51,175 bases of DNA, filler included, from Bipalium vagum (GCA_037834085.1; 2 parts of 2 records of this genome joined end to end with filler, not necessarily neighbours in it); one strand, 5' to 3'; numbered from the whole stretch's first letter, positions 22,816 to 38,700 are shown. The notes: generated from the letters alone by a model not told the origin. Numbers and translations: made by a program.

Positions 22816-25800
22816 CACAATTTTCTTAATTAATATTAATACTTATATAAAGCTCCTCATATCTGTAATGTCTTATTTTAGTTACTATTGAATTATTACT
22901 AAAATTTCGAGTAAAATCTCATTTTATACACACTGACTTGCTTAATTAAATTTAATTGTTAAATAATGAATGCCCAAGAACAAAGAATATTGTTGATTTT
23001 TAAAATTAAGTAATATAATTCTTTATTTTTTTATAGTATTTTTACATGTGAATAATATTAATTATTTATTATTTGAAATGATTTTTGAAACTTAAAAAAA
23101 TTTTTTTTTAACTTATTTTATTATTCTAATATTTTTTGATTATCTATTTAATTGTTTGGATATTGTAGAAATAAAAATATTTTTATTAATTAATTGAAAT
23201 TGTTTATTGATTTAATTTCGATTGTTTAATTCTAGCTGAAAATAGACTACAAAAACTTTGTTGGCTTGTTAATGAAAGTGATCTTTTAAATGAAAATGAT
23301 GTAAATTATATTTTTTCTTATTTTAATTTTTAAATAGATTGCTTATAAATTTTGAAATTAATGCTTTTTTATTTTAATATTATTATAATTTTATGTATTC
23401 TATAATGAATTTTAAAATCGATGGTTTTCCTTTTATAAACCTATAAAAATATGTATAATTTTAATTGAAACTAAAAATAAAAATGAAAAAATATTAAATC
23501 AAATTTCAGTAGAAACATTTGGTAATATATTTTGAATTTAAGCCATAAAATTTATATTTCTTATATATAAATTTTATTTTACAATTAACTATTGTTATTA
23601 TGGATATGAAAAGTCAATTCTTAATATTTTATTGTTAAGTTTAAGTAAAAAAAACCATGTATTTCTGATATCAATGAGTAGATTTAACTTAAATATATAT
23701 CATCACCGAAATTTTGTAACTTACTCATTAGTTAATATTTGTTAGTCTATTAGAAATTTAGTTTTGTATACTCTGAAATGCGACAAAATATAAACGTACT
23801 AGTTCATTCGATATTATTTCTGAAATATTCTTATTTCATGTTCAAATTATTGAAGATATTGAAATTTATACCAACTACAAAGACAATTAAAAATGTCATG
23901 TTCATAGAGCATCGAAAAATACTTCTACTTGTTTCGAAACCTTAAGCATATATATGAAAAAGTATTATTAATATTTAATTACATCTAGGTACATATTTAT
24001 TTAAATTGAAATATTTTTAAAAATTCAGATGAAGATTTTAAAAATATAATCGATGATTCCAAAATATTTACTCTTACCATCATTTATTTTACCTAACATT
24101 TAGTGTCAATATATAGGTTAACCAGGAGAACAGAAAATTAAATTAATATGCAATCTTTGTAAATCTATAACAAATTTTTTCTACGCGAAATTTGACAAAA
24201 ATAACGATGATGAAATTGTTTACAAACTTTAAAGTAATTTGCTATTTTTAGATTTTTTTGAAAAACATCTGTTGACATAGACATAGAGCGAACGAAACAT
24301 GCCTCGTCATGCTTATCAACTTATCAAAGTGGCTTGTCATTACACCACTCACTGACTTAAGTTCGCTTAATCTAGCTAGTGGGCTCGAATCTATTCAGGT
24401 ATTACCGTGCACATAGATAAAAATTGCATCAGAACATTCCAGACAAAGTACATTTACAAATTAATCAAAACAAAATTGTTGTTGGCTTAAACTGGGTCAT
24501 GTAAATTTTCAAAAAATTATTTAGTATCAATTTATTATAAGTGGCTTCCGTAAGATAATGAATATATTTTTAACGTTACAGTATAATAAATTGTAATAAA
24601 ATTGTACAATTATCATTTGTGGGCTTAATTTCTTAATGCGTATTTAAAATTGAAGTAAGTGTTTTAATTGAAACAATATTTTTCTTATTTAATTTATTTT
24701 TGCTTGACTATGGAATAATAATCTACATTGTTTTTCAATAAATAAATAGTTTCATTTTCGGGTTTATTTTGTTGTTGAGTGTACTCTTCTTTCTGTATTA
24801 TTTTAAGTATCTAGTATAGCAAAAATTTTACTTATATTATGCTTAAGAATAAACAAATATTCATTCATCTACAATGAGATGTAAAATTTCATTCATAAAA
24901 GTTTTACAAATATTGGCATAAATTATAATTTTCAATTATAATTTAAAATAGTAAACTATAGTAGTATACAATGGAACACTACTGAAATAGGTTTTATATA
25001 AAGAAAAAGTGATGATCACAAATAAAATATAAAATTTCAACTATTCATTAGCACAACCTTTCTTGAAAAAAAAATTCATTAAAATAAAATGTAATTTTTT
25101 AAATTTCTATTTGATACATTTTTCGAACTTGTTTCAAACATTTTTTGTCATAAATTATTCTATTATACTTACAAAAAATACCTTTATTTCTTAGTCTTAA
25201 ACAATTTATTTTTAATCTGATTATCCTTAAATAATACTTATCTTTAAAATGATTGTATTATTTTTACATAATAATATTTATTTACGACTTTAAAAATTAA
25301 GTTTCCTGTTTTAATAAAAAAAATTATTTGGTCAAACTTTTGAATTATGAATACGTCAAGTGCCTTTCTTTTTAATTTCTTCATTAGCGTAAAACATAAG
25401 GTAATATAGATATCATGTACTTTTAACAAATTAAAATCGTTCAAAGATGTAGTAAAAAAAATTTAATATTTGAATTGGTTTTAAAACTTTTTCATTGATT
25501 TTTAAATCTCTAAATATTTTTTTAAAAATTTATTTAACTTTAACTATTCATTGTCTATGTATCATAATATTTAGTTTGAAATTAGGTTATAAAATGATAT
25601 ATATTCTTTAAAAACCTATTACCCCTTAAAAACTATTTAAATTAAATATATATACTAAATTTACATATTTTCTACAATTAATTTAAATTGATACTTAACT
25701 TTTAATTGCTTACTTAAATTTTAAATATATTTTTATTAAATCACATTAATAAATTAGTTTACACTTATTTTATAATACAAAATTATATTGTTTCACTTAA

Positions 25801-28488
25801 AAAATTCAAAAATCAATGCGTTACCAATAATGGTTAAATTTAAAACCTTTATCTTTCAGTATCAGCAGACAATTTTAGAAAACCTGATATCACACTTCTT
25901 ATAACACAACAATCACCTATATATAATATTTTAAATACATTCTGAATAGCTTTTTCCAACTGATTGATATATTTAGAGAATTTACTAAGATACTAAAATA
26001 ATCCTTATCACTCACACTTCTTTAGCTTTAACTTATTATTATTAATTACACAAAAGAGATTAAAAATAAATTTTTCTTATAATTAATCACTATTGATTAC
26101 CTATTTATACATGTAATAAGATACTTTAATTTTAAAATTTTCATTTCTTTTAGATCAAAGAAAAATAAGAAATATTTAAAGAGAAGCAGCAATCCAGTGT
26201 CAAAAGTTGTTTAAGGTAATTATGCTCAAAATTTTTATGAATTCTTTAACATTTTTGTCTTCCATTATTAGTAGTCTAATACCATTTTATAAACTCTTAC
26301 ATAAATAATACCTATTTGATTTAAAATATATTAATTAGTTGTTAGTAACTTATAATTTACGCTCAAAAGTTTAATTTAAATATAATAAAAACAAGTAATA
26401 AAATTAATTTTTATTTGATTAAAAATCCTACGAAATTGAATGAAACAATACATTTTTACTCAAAATTATCCATCAAACTTACTTTTTCGAAAAGGGCTTT
26501 TGTCAGCATGTTTTATAATCTTAGATTTATAAGTGGATGCTTGTTGAAAGTGATAATTTCAAGTTTCTCTTCAACCAAAAGCACCTTCCCTAAAAACAAT
26601 TAAAATATTAATATTTTAAAATTTATTTGAAATCATTACTCATATAGCCTAAAATCAATAAAAATAGTGTATATCAAAAAAATTCTAACTTATTTATCAA
26701 GCCTTGTTCGATATACGTCTGTTATCTCTGAAAGAATATTCGAATTAATAAACATGTATGACAAGATTTTATTTTTTGGTTAAATAAAAATTAAAATTCT
26801 GCACTTTCGACAAATATTTCAATGTATAATTATTTCCACTATTAGTTTAATTACTTAAGGCAAAGTTATTAGCATCGTGAATCCGAAAGATAATTAATTA
26901 ACATTTAGTTTTTAAAGAGTTTATATATATTATTGACATTAATTTTGATTTCACCTTAGTAATTTAACTAGACTTCTATATCTAATGACGTACCAAATAC
27001 TAAGTATGAAAAAGGATTATTGTTTGATATGAATATTTTTAACTAAGTTATCCATTATACATGATTTTTCAGTACTATTGTAACAGATTTGTTGCGATTT
27101 ATGTTGCTAAATATACAAATAATGATAATAAAATTAGGAGCTTGATCTTAATTTAGTTACGATGTCTTGGCTCGTTGTAAATTGAAGTAAAAAAATTATT
27201 GATCATGTATTAAATTGCGAGTAGAAAAATTTGATCAATGTTTATTATTTATTAGGTGGGTTCTATTGTCTTACAATAATTGATTTCTGGTCCCTTTCAA
27301 GATTAAAGTTTTTTTTAGAACAAATTTTTTTTTTCAGCATAAATCAACATCAAATAATATCTTTACTTGATCCTTAAAAATCTATATATTTTATTTTATT
27401 TTTATTCAGTTTTTTGTATTATCATGTTATTTCGCGAGAATTTTTGAAAAACATTTTAGGTTGGTAAAAAAGACATTTTGGTGTAGGGATTTAATACTGG
27501 GAATTTGAAGATTTCTATTGCATTGCGATTTGAGATATTTGTTTGATGATTGTGGTTTTTTTAGATTATTGGTTAAGTAAGTTTCAGATTTAAAAGTTTT
27601 TTCAACATGTATTAATATCTATAAGCGAACAAAACTATAAAAAAAGTTTGAGTCAGATACTAACCAGAGATATTTAAAGATGCAAAGTTTTATTAAGAAT
27701 GTAAGTCTTTCTGAGATGATTATACATAAATTTAAAAAAAATTATATTAAAACATTAATATATCCATTTTATAATATTATTAATATACTTCCATATTTAA
27801 TTTCTTTTTAACCGTTTTTTAAAATTAAAATTCTTATTATTTCACAAAATACTATATTATTGAATTCAGAAGCAAGATTTTTATTCTTATGTTAAATTTA
27901 AAATAATATTTTAAATGAAAATATATACATGAATTTTGATTTTTTTTAACCTTATAAAAATATCTGAATCCAAATATGATTTGAATTTTTCTATTTTTAT
28001 TGAAATTAGTTGGTTTCATAAAAAGCAGAAAAAATTAACTATCTCCAGTGGTAAATAATCTTAAGAAATATTTTTTTATTTAAGACTCAAATTTTTACAT
28101 TCAAATAATCGAAGAGGAATCAGTACTCAAAATTTCTGATTCTGATTTTTATTCCTTGGTATTTTAGTAATTCTATCTATTTTATTCCCATCAAATTATA
28201 CTCATCGACAAAATTTTAGAAGCATTTACTAAATTTTGAAATTTTTAAGTAAAATAACTTTTTAAAATATATATTTGTATCTATCAATTACAAGTTTTCA
28301 TTTGAAAACACTAATTTATAATTATTTATTTGATATGTTAAATAGAAAAGCTAAATTTAAAAGAAAAAGTTTGTTTAAAATTTTTAATTGCGACATAATT
28401 AATGAAGCAGTTTTGAAATTAAGTTTATTTATATTTTAAGTATGTAATTTAATTTTTTAAATTAAAATATTATTGTATTTAAGTAGAA

Positions 28489-28950
28489 ATGATGCGAAAT
28501 CAAGCAGAAATTAATATTATTAATGCCTTAAAATTAGAAGGCAAAAGTTTCAAAGAAATATCATAGATTATGAAAATTTCAAGAATTTTAGCATGGTGCA
28601 TTTATATTATTATGATAGAAAAATTTTAAAGAAGAAACGAACCCCAAAGTTTAGGTTGTCAAGTTTCGAAAAGTTGAGATGAGTTGAGTTGAGTAGCACA
28701 ATATAAAGAAACCTGTGAAAAACTAAATACTTCAAAAATTAAGAAATCATGCGATTTATGTTTTTCTACCAGAAGCATACAAAGATATTTCAAGTCTGGA
28801 GGCTAAAAATATTACAGAGCAAAGTTCCAAATAATATTACTTAGGAAGCACAAAGAAGCAAGACTTGACATTATTACAAATTGGATCACGAGTAACCACC
28901 AATGGAATATAATATATTAAAAAAATATTAAGTGACAAAAAATTTCAATA
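28489..28950 (+). mobile_element. Tc3/Tc1-like transposase 5' remnant
   Basis: IINALKLEGKSFKEIS*IMKISR (HTH), HKEARL...QWNII, SDKKF. Confidence 0.55.
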
Positions 28951-29000
28951 GTTTTTGTCAGACCTTACGACAGTTTTATTTTAAATTACAAGCAATCTAT

Positions 29001-29174
29001 ATCTTTTAATTCACATAAACAAGTGATATTAATAAGATTTTTCATAATTCCTTATTCTACGGAAATAATTTTACTAATATTTATATTTTTCACAATTAAA
29101 TTTTAAATATAAATATATATATATATAATTATGAAAATCTTATTAACATCAATTGTTTATGCGAATTAAAAGAT
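29001..29174. repeat. Inverted repeat, ~48-bp arms with ~77-bp AT spacer (MITE/foldback-like)
   Basis: 29001-29049 is the near-perfect reverse complement of 29127-29174 (3 mismatches, 1 indel). Confidence 0.85.
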
Positions 29175-29189
29175 GTCGAAAAAAATTCG

Positions 29190-29790
29190 GTATAAAGAAT
29201 TTTCAATCATCAAAAAATGTGCAATGTATGGGTCTGATACAATATCAGAAAGAACAGTGTACTTCAGTGATTCGCAAAACTTCACCAAGGTAATTTTGAG
29301 TTGAAATATGCACCTCTTTCTGACAGAATGGAGGATAAAAAAACGAAATCATTAAAATAATCAAGTAAAACCATTCACAATGAGTTATGACATTGTTAAG
29401 GATGACATTGTTAAATCATCAAAAAACGATATTTTCGCGTCTCATAAAAAACCAGTATGGATCACATAACAAAAAGAACGTTGTGTTCCACCATGTCGAC
29501 CATAAACATTCTTAATGATTCGCCAAAAATTAAAGAGCTTGACTGGGTTACTCTGATGCCCAGCGTCTGGTCTATACTCACCGCTGTCAGACTACAATTT
29601 ATTTCTGTCTTTACAGAATTTTCCTAATTGAGTTCTAATGTTTTCAAGAGAAGATTGAAAATTAGATTTTACAATTTTTTTGATTATAAATCTAAGAAAT
29701 TTAACTGTGACTACATTATAAATATACCAAGTAAATGGCAGAAGATTATCGAACAAAATGAACATATTTGATTCAACAAAGTTAATTTTT
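29190..29790 (+). mobile_element. Internally deleted mariner remnant
   Basis: CAMYGSDTISERTV; NVVFHH; LDWVTL; SDYNLFLSLQNFL; KWQKIIEQN. Confidence 0.75.
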
Positions 29791-32700
29791 TATATGAAAT
29801 TTGTTTTTTTACAAAAAAAAATCCATGTTAACTATAGGCTATTATTTATTTTTAACCCGTTACTAAAATCCAGCCTTATAATTAAATTAATTATAAATAT
29901 TATACAGTACACAATAAAATGTCTGATTTTAATTTTATAAAAATTATTTAAATATTCTGATGATTTTAAAGGAATTAAGATCCATTAATTTTATTTCATT
30001 CCTACAGTGCAACCCTGGTCACCAGAAGTGTCAAAATGGAATTCAAAGATATACCCTAAATAAACCTATCGTGTATGATTTCTTCGAAAAATTATTTTAT
30101 TGAAAATAGGATCACATGGAAAGTCAATTTGATCACGAACTTCTAAAAGCGGATTAGATGATAATCCACCTTATACATAGTTCTCCATAAAGATTAAAAT
30201 AAGTTACAAAAATATGGATAATTATTGGAAGATCAAACTATCAAAAGATGCTGGTAAGTTTTAAGATTTCAAATCATGCATTTTGAAAAATAATAACATT
30301 CGGGGGTTTGTAAGATGTGACGAAAAATAATTCGTTTATAGAAAAAGTAGAAAATGATGATGATAATACATGATAAATATATATTCTTTTTAACATTTTA
30401 CAAAAGTACTAGTCAGTGTAAAAATTGACTATATATTATCGTTCAAAATCGTAATAGTTAAATACATATTGAAATTAGATATTAGGTTAGTCAGAAAGAA
30501 ACCTCGTGATTTTAATATTCAATTTAAGTGGTAAATATTTTAAAAATTGATGCTTGTTTTATTAATATTAATATACCATATATTTAGTGAAAAATTTGAA
30601 GTAATAAAAAAATTTTTTGTAGATTATAAGTTTTATACATTTAACTATCAGTTTCTATAATTTTTATCTGTTTATTCCCAATTAATTGTGAAAAATAAAT
30701 TTAAATGGGTGAAGGCTACCATATGGTCCTTTTTGAGGATTCAGGATGCCAAAAGAATAATAATTGTTAATATTGTAAGTTTAAGAGGTCTTAGAATTAA
30801 ACTTTATGAAAATGATGCACAATGATACTCATGGGCTTTTAAAGTAAAAATAAATGATTATCAGATCGGCTAATAACTCTCCTCACGCATCGTATTATTA
30901 GTAAAAAAAATCTTCAAAAATATCAGTAGCATTAATATTTTTTATTGTTGACTTATTATTTTTTATCTTTGTCTACATACAGTAAATATCATTTTTTCTA
31001 TTTTTTCACCTCAATTATACTTTTATTTCATTTTTAAAATATATTACAAAATAGAATTAAAACTAATAAAATTATAATTAAATAAAATTTTAAAAATACA
31101 AAAATTATTAGTAAAGAAAATATTACGTAAATTTTATTATTAGGTTAATCAGTGATAAATTTTGATGCATTGATAAGATATTACATACCGTTTTCTAAAA
31201 AATTAATATTTATAATTTGTATAAAATATATTTCAGAATTTAAGTGTTACATATGAAACTAAATATATTTATTATAATTAAATATTATTGAAATTCGTTT
31301 AATAAATGATATATTTCTAGATGTGGCTAACGACCTGATTTAAAATGCAAGGTATGTTTGAAATATATGAGTAAAGCTATTAATGAAAATTTCAAAAGCA
31401 AAACTTTTATTGTTTCTAATGAAAATTTATCCAAATTTCCCTATTTACAATCCGTCACTTTAAAATTATTATTGATAATTTTGGAAAATCATTAGTTAAT
31501 ATCGTGATATTTCATTTTTTTTTCAATTTTATTCATTTTTAAATTATTAATTAACTTTCGATTTCTGCAATTAGTTAAAAATTGACACTTAAAAAAATAA
31601 TTAAGCAATAAATTAAAATTTTATATAAAATAAAATGAAAAAACAAAAACTAATAGATAAAGTAACTTTTAATTCAGATAATTTTAATAATATAAATACC
31701 TCAATAAAATGACTAAAATCTGTGGTCAAATATATGGTCAAAGAAAATTGATAATTATCTTGTTACCTTGATAATTAACTAACTTCTATTAAAGTTTTAA
31801 AGTATTTCTTAAGCTTTTGAATAAAAAATATCTAAGTCAAAAATTAATTTTAATATATTATATAAAAATATGTTAATTCGCCTAAATTTTCAATAATTAA
31901 TGATTAAAATACTGTAAGATAAAGTTAAAATAAAATGCTTCATTTGAGTTTAGAATGAATTGTCTTTATCAATTTCAAATTGTTAGTTTTGTAAATACAT
32001 ATTTCTTACTTTTGTCTGTACTAATGAACATTGAAATATTCCAAACATCCTATAAACTAAAACACATTCTAACCATTCTCCTGGAACTAAATTAATAGTG
32101 AATAGTAAAAAGACGAATAGTCCAGTTTTACTTGAATTTCTACTTTGTGACATTTCATTTTCCTTGATTTTTCAAATTCAATTTCTTTGCTTTTTATCTA
32201 GTACTATTGATTTTTCTTCTGATTTTATGTTAACTTACTAGAAGTTGACTATGTATCTTACATTATTTCCTGAGACCATTATTGTAAAACATCTGTTCTT
32301 TATAAAAATCTTTGTGAAATATTCAATTGTTTCCTGGACTATAACCGAAAATATGAGAAAGTTTCCGTAATGTCATGAAATTCGTAGTCAATTCTTTGTT
32401 CTCATAATTATTTGTACATTCTTTATTATATTGATCACCTATAACCATAAAAAATACATTAAAATATTCAAAAATAAAACATCCTTAATTAACATATCAA
32501 ATAATTTACTGAAAACTGGTTTCTGTATTGTTAAAAACAAAAACAATTTAATTACCATTCAATAAAGTCAATAATTATTTCAAATTCATCCTTTATAAGT
32601 AAATATTTATACATTAGTGAATCAATTGATTGAAATTTAAATGAATCAATATACATTAAAACATTTCAAAAATACGCCATTATGTCTTTGTATTTATTTT

Positions 32701-35700
32701 CACAATAAATATGAAAATATGATGTTTCATTTAATTAAATAATATTAACATTTGAGAATAATGAATAAATAGCTAAAATATTCATTCAAAATTTAAATTT
32801 CGTTTTCTTTAAAATTTTTGTAGTTAGAAATTTCAATATAGTTTAATTACATAACATTATTATTGACCTACATTTTCACTATGAAATTTTGTTATAATTC
32901 TCAAATTTTTTAATTTTAAAGTTTTCATAATCTTGGATACTATAAGAGTTTTCTGAATACTGATAAAAATTAACATCTTAATTAGAAAGTATATAAAATA
33001 ATTTCAATAATTTTTCCATATAACTGGAAATCAATATTTTTCTACTAATTAAGTTAAGACCAGTATACTACGATGAAAATAAATTATTTTATCTAATAAA
33101 TAACCATTATCTAATAATACCATAATTAAATCCAAAAGATGCTAACTCAAAATAGCACAGATTTATCATAGTAAATTTATGTATGTTATGATATAGTAAT
33201 ATGTCAAAAGAAATGAGTTGGAATACTAAATAATTTTAACTCAATAACCATGGTGAAAAATTCAATAATAAATATGAGCATAAATAGAATTGCTATTTTA
33301 AAAATTGGATTAGTGGGTATCTTTATTTGTTTAAAATTGTATAGAAAAAATTTAAATTAAGAAACATATTGGTCAAAAAAATTACTTCGTTTTCGTCCTG
33401 TACATGTTATAAAGGGCTAGAGAAAGAGGTTCGTAAATTAATGAGAAGAAATATATATTCAATAATTAACACATCATTAAGATTTGATATCATGTTTTTC
33501 GATAAAAAGAATATTTTATTATTCATGCAATGAAACAGTTATCTTAATAAAATCAGAGAAAAATATCACTAAATTCTGAAAATGAAAAATATTTTGGAAT
33601 ACAACACAAATATCTCTTGTTGGTATTTTCACTGTTAATTTTTAAAATGTAAAAATTTGTAAAATAAATGTAAAAATAAATACATTGTTAAGTTCATATT
33701 AAATTTTAAAAATGGAAAATTATTTTTAGTATTCTATTGTTAATTTTACTACTGATCTCTATTTGAAAAAATTGAGAAAAAACTTTCACTCAATTGTAAA
33801 CCTTTACACTCCCCATTTACCTTTACCTTTACTAAATTTTCAAAGTAATAAATTTATTTGATCAATATTTTTACTTTTTGTTATTTATTCAGTTTTTTCA
33901 TTAATAAATATATAATAAATAAATTGTATCGTAAGATGATTATTTTAAGCGATTGTAGTGTTAATTTAAAACATTAATCTCATATGTCAAATATCGTAAT
34001 TGCTTATTGTATAATTCTTTTAGCGTTATACTCATTTTTTCACACTGGGAATAGTTATAGTCTCAATAATATCATTAACTATTTATCTTTTCAATTCTTG
34101 AGATTTAAATTCACTTGAAATTTCAACACTATTTTTATTTTTACATGTTAATAATAATATTTATTTCAATCTTAAAAATTTCCATAAGATAAATTTATAA
34201 GAAAAAAGTTTATACTCAATGAATAATTAACATTAATTATATATTACAATAGAAAATGAAAAAAACTAATACTTTTAACAAAATTCTTAGATATTAAGTT
34301 TAATAATGGTTCTGTGACAGTTTAATGAAAAACTTTATGTAAATCTATTGATAGTTATAGATAAATAAAAATTTGCATCAAAAAATAATAAATTGAGATA
34401 TATTTATTAGCATGAAAAAATATCCGTTTGCACTAACAAAAAATATTACTATATTTAATTTCAAATCGACCAGTATTTCATAAGATCATGTAATGTAGAT
34501 CAAATGTAAATATTTTTTTGTATTTATAAATTGTTTTAAAAATGTTTTGTTTTTCATTTTTTTAACGGATTACAAAAGTGCAGGAGGAAAATTGGTAAAT
34601 GTGTAAAAAAACGGTTTGTGAACATCATCACTAAACTATTAATTTTTAGTTTCTTTTTAATAAAAGCCGTCTGAAAATAAGTATTTATTAGATTTACTTA
34701 GATAAATGCTTCTGAAAATTATTTTCTTGAAAGACTTAATCACGTTATGGCTATTTTATTATTTCTTTCAAGATAAAAATGAGTTACATGTAAACTTGTT
34801 TTTGCAAAATTCTATTGATTATACCAGTTTTTTAGCTGCCTAAATATTTATATAAACACGTGTATCTTGGAAAATTATATATTACTATTATTATTATATA
34901 TTACTATACAATACTATTTTTTAGAATATCGAAAATACCATTCATTAAAATTCATTGTTCCATTTACCATAATACCTAATCAACAATTTTTTTTTCATGA
35001 AACACCCCATTAACTCACTTAATCAATGGTTTCATTGATTAATTAATGGCTTAAAATCAGGAATTATTATTTTTAAAAATACCATGAGAATTAGTTCTAT
35101 TTAAAGAGAAGGGTTTAATTAGAAATTAGAATATACAACATAGATAAATTTGAGATTATTTGAATTCCCATATTTTAAAGCTTTTTTTCAAATGCATGTT
35201 ATTGAATTCAAAAAGCAATGTTCTTAAATCTCTTCTTACTCCTAAATGCAATGAATTTCAGATATCTATTATATATTATTTTAATTTGAGTCAATTTTAC
35301 CTATTTAATATTCACAAATAATTTCACATAAAAATAAAAAATTAAAATTATTATCAATGATATTAAGTCATTTTCTTCAGCTAGGAATCTTTTCTGTTAG
35401 AGTTTGCCTAGTGGGCTACTTACATAGTGAGGTCATGGTGAATAACCGGTTGATTTCAAAGAGTTTTTTTCTCAATTCGTTATATCACAAGAAACTTTTA
35501 AACAGTTGATACTGTTCCTAACTTTTTTGAAAGTTTTGCTATCGGTAATTTTCTATAAAATTTTACTACCGCGCTCTGATATATACTAATATTATTCTTC
35601 AAAATCCAGTAGTCTGCAGTTGATTTGGACTAACTTTTCACTGCAAAAAATTCGGTTCTTAATCCAGATGTTTTAAGTTCTCTAATATTGTCATGTTTGT

Positions 35701-38700
35701 GACAATTAATTTGAATGTGTTTAAGGTATTTTTAGTTTTATGACATTCTTCATATATCTATTCTATTTTTAAAATTATCTGAAGGTAATAAGAAAAAATT
35801 GTTATATATATCTTAAATAATCATCAGATTTTATTAATATTTTCACATTTTAAAGCCTAAATATTGTAAGATTAAAGATGTGTGTAAAATAATGTGAAAA
35901 TATTATGATAAAATAAAGTAATTATCAAAAATTCTTCATATAAGTCATGTATAATTAGGACAAGAAAATTTCTTTAAACATGTAATAAATATAGTATTAC
36001 ATTCTTTTAATAAATTAGAATATTTTGGATATTATTGAAATCTCTAGTAATAATTACTAAAAAAATAATTTTAATTAAAATGGTTTTTAAAAAATCAAAA
36101 AAGTTGTTTTTAATTTCCTAATTATTAAAACACCAATCAAAATATTAATTAAGCTTTCAATAATTGGAATTTTTAAATTTAAATTGAAAATTAAATTTAT
36201 TTATAAAATATTTGTTCTTGAATAATTATCTGGAATATAATTATTAAGCTCTAGTTGGAATTCTGAAGTGAAAAATAAGTTTTGATGAAGACTTAATAAA
36301 AAATATTTAAATTAAAATAGGCGTTAGAATTTTCTTGTCTATGCAGCACAAGAGCAATAGCAGAATTACAAAATAAAAATTAAAAGTAAATTCAAAAAAA
36401 TCAAATTCACAAATAAAGATAAATTAACAATTCAATTTCAAAGCAGTCATCCATCCATTCATAAAAAAAACAATAATATTAACTATGTTTTGTTTTACCG
36501 GTTACAGATGAACAAGAAGTCGAAACACGATAAAAGCGGGAGAAGAATGATCATTTAAGTCAAATGTTAAAAGAATGTTTTACAGAACTTTACTGGATTT
36601 TTTAAAGACTGACTTCAGAAATTAAAAATAAGGACTAATCCATATGAAATTTTTTTGTATGAAGAACCAAATACGTCTTACAGAAGATGATGATCCTAAG
36701 TCATTTCAGAAAAATAAGAAAAGCAAAATACAGGTTATCTTTCATACACATTTAAGTGAAGAAACCACAAGAGAGTAAAAAAGAGAACCTTATAGTCATC
36801 TGGAAATATTTAAGATTACGGTATGAGATAGCAAATAAAATTTCTTTCCTTTCGTTTATTAAGATATATAATATTAAAAAAATTCAGATTATATATTTGC
36901 ATGAGATCGAAATTACCAAAAATAGTAAAATATCACATGAATTTTAAAACAGTTGCAAATATTATCCAACGATAAGACAAGTTCGATAAAAGTCCACTAT
37001 TAAGTAACGATAATTTTGTAGACAAGACCCACGGTGATCCCACTGATGGAATCATCCTCTTACTCAAAGATGATACTCGCTTTGATTATACAATTGAAAA
37101 CCCACTCGCAGATACACTTGTTTAGAATCAGAGCGTATCTAGTATCCGCATTGATATCGGATCATCAAAAGATTTTGAAGTAAACACAAAATGAGTATGA
37201 GAACTCACTTTCATGATATCATAAAATGATCAAACCCAGGTGCATTCTATGATCTTGCTGCATTTATCCATAAAATAAAAGTGCAAATATGCCTTTCTTC
37301 CTCTATTTCTATTTCGGTTATTTTATTACAGTTGTTATTAACTTTTTAAATTTTTATTAAGACCCCCTTACAGTTTTCATTAGTTTTAAGTCTTAACATT
37401 TAAAACTAAACAAACAACTCATTATTGTATTTACGGTGCTTCATTATCTGCGCATTCAGAGGGGAGCTGGCAACTCTATAGTATTTCCCCTGTTTCATAA
37501 TTGTAATTTCAATGTTTTATATAAAAAAATAATAAGTTGTAAAGTATAAATATAAAAATGTTTATTATTAAATTTAGATAAAAATTTATTAATTAAAGAA
37601 AACTAAACTAAAAGAAAACTAACTAATTTCACACGTTAATTATAATTACCAAATAATATATTTAAATAACAAATAAACTAAATTTAATAAAGTTATCGTT
37701 TTTAAAAAAAATTTAAATCGAAGGTTTTTATACCTAACCCTAATCCTTTTTTGTCAATTTATAATAATAATTAATAACCAAAATAATAGTGCACCAATAA
37801 AAATAATAAATGTCATTACTTATGTGGCGTCCAATAAAAAACTGGGGACATACTGTAGTATAACCTGAGAAATAATAGCCTCGTACATGCCACTATCGAT
37901 CATTTTCAGTCAACTTTTAGGTTTATTCTTTCCATACCACGGAATCTGGAATTTTGCATTCCAATTCATTGATTCGTATGATGCAGGGTCTTGCAATACT
38001 TTTCTTCCAATTCTTCTCACTATTTTAGATTTTCAAAGCATTTGATTCTAAAATAAAGATAAACAAAAAAAATTGTCACATCGGTCAATTGTAGCCCATA
38101 AACACAAAAATAAAATGGTATCAACAGTATAAATAAGAATATTAATTATATAAACTCTTGAACCAATTTTTATATTTGATTTTATAAAAAACCATTTTGT
38201 TCGTCACAGTCTAAACTGGTATTTTGCAGTAATTTCGGATCACAGTATTTTTGTGGTAAAAAAGCGCTCATTAAAATCAATTGCCGAAGCGGTAAACTGA
38301 ATATCTTCAAAAGGCTTAGTTATTTTAATAATTTTCTTATATTTTATTGTAAGTACAATAATTTATTAAAATATGATATAGCTCCTTCAATTTTAATTGA
38401 ACTGGATTAATTTTCTATTATTGTTTTATAACACAGCCTTGGTTAGGAACCGGATAGTGAGGACTAAAACCACCCTGGATGAAAATGACTAGAATAAAGG
38501 AGTTCGAAACTCCATCGAATAATTTCCTCACAAGTAGTTACTTGATGGAATATATAGTTCTGATCATATTAAATCATGTCCATTTAATGATCGTTAATCG
38601 TATAGCACGGTTAAACATAATTTTTTAGAAAAATTAAATTTATTTTGTTTGAAGTGGCGTTTCTTACTTAAATATAATTTTTAATTCTATTGCTTACTTA

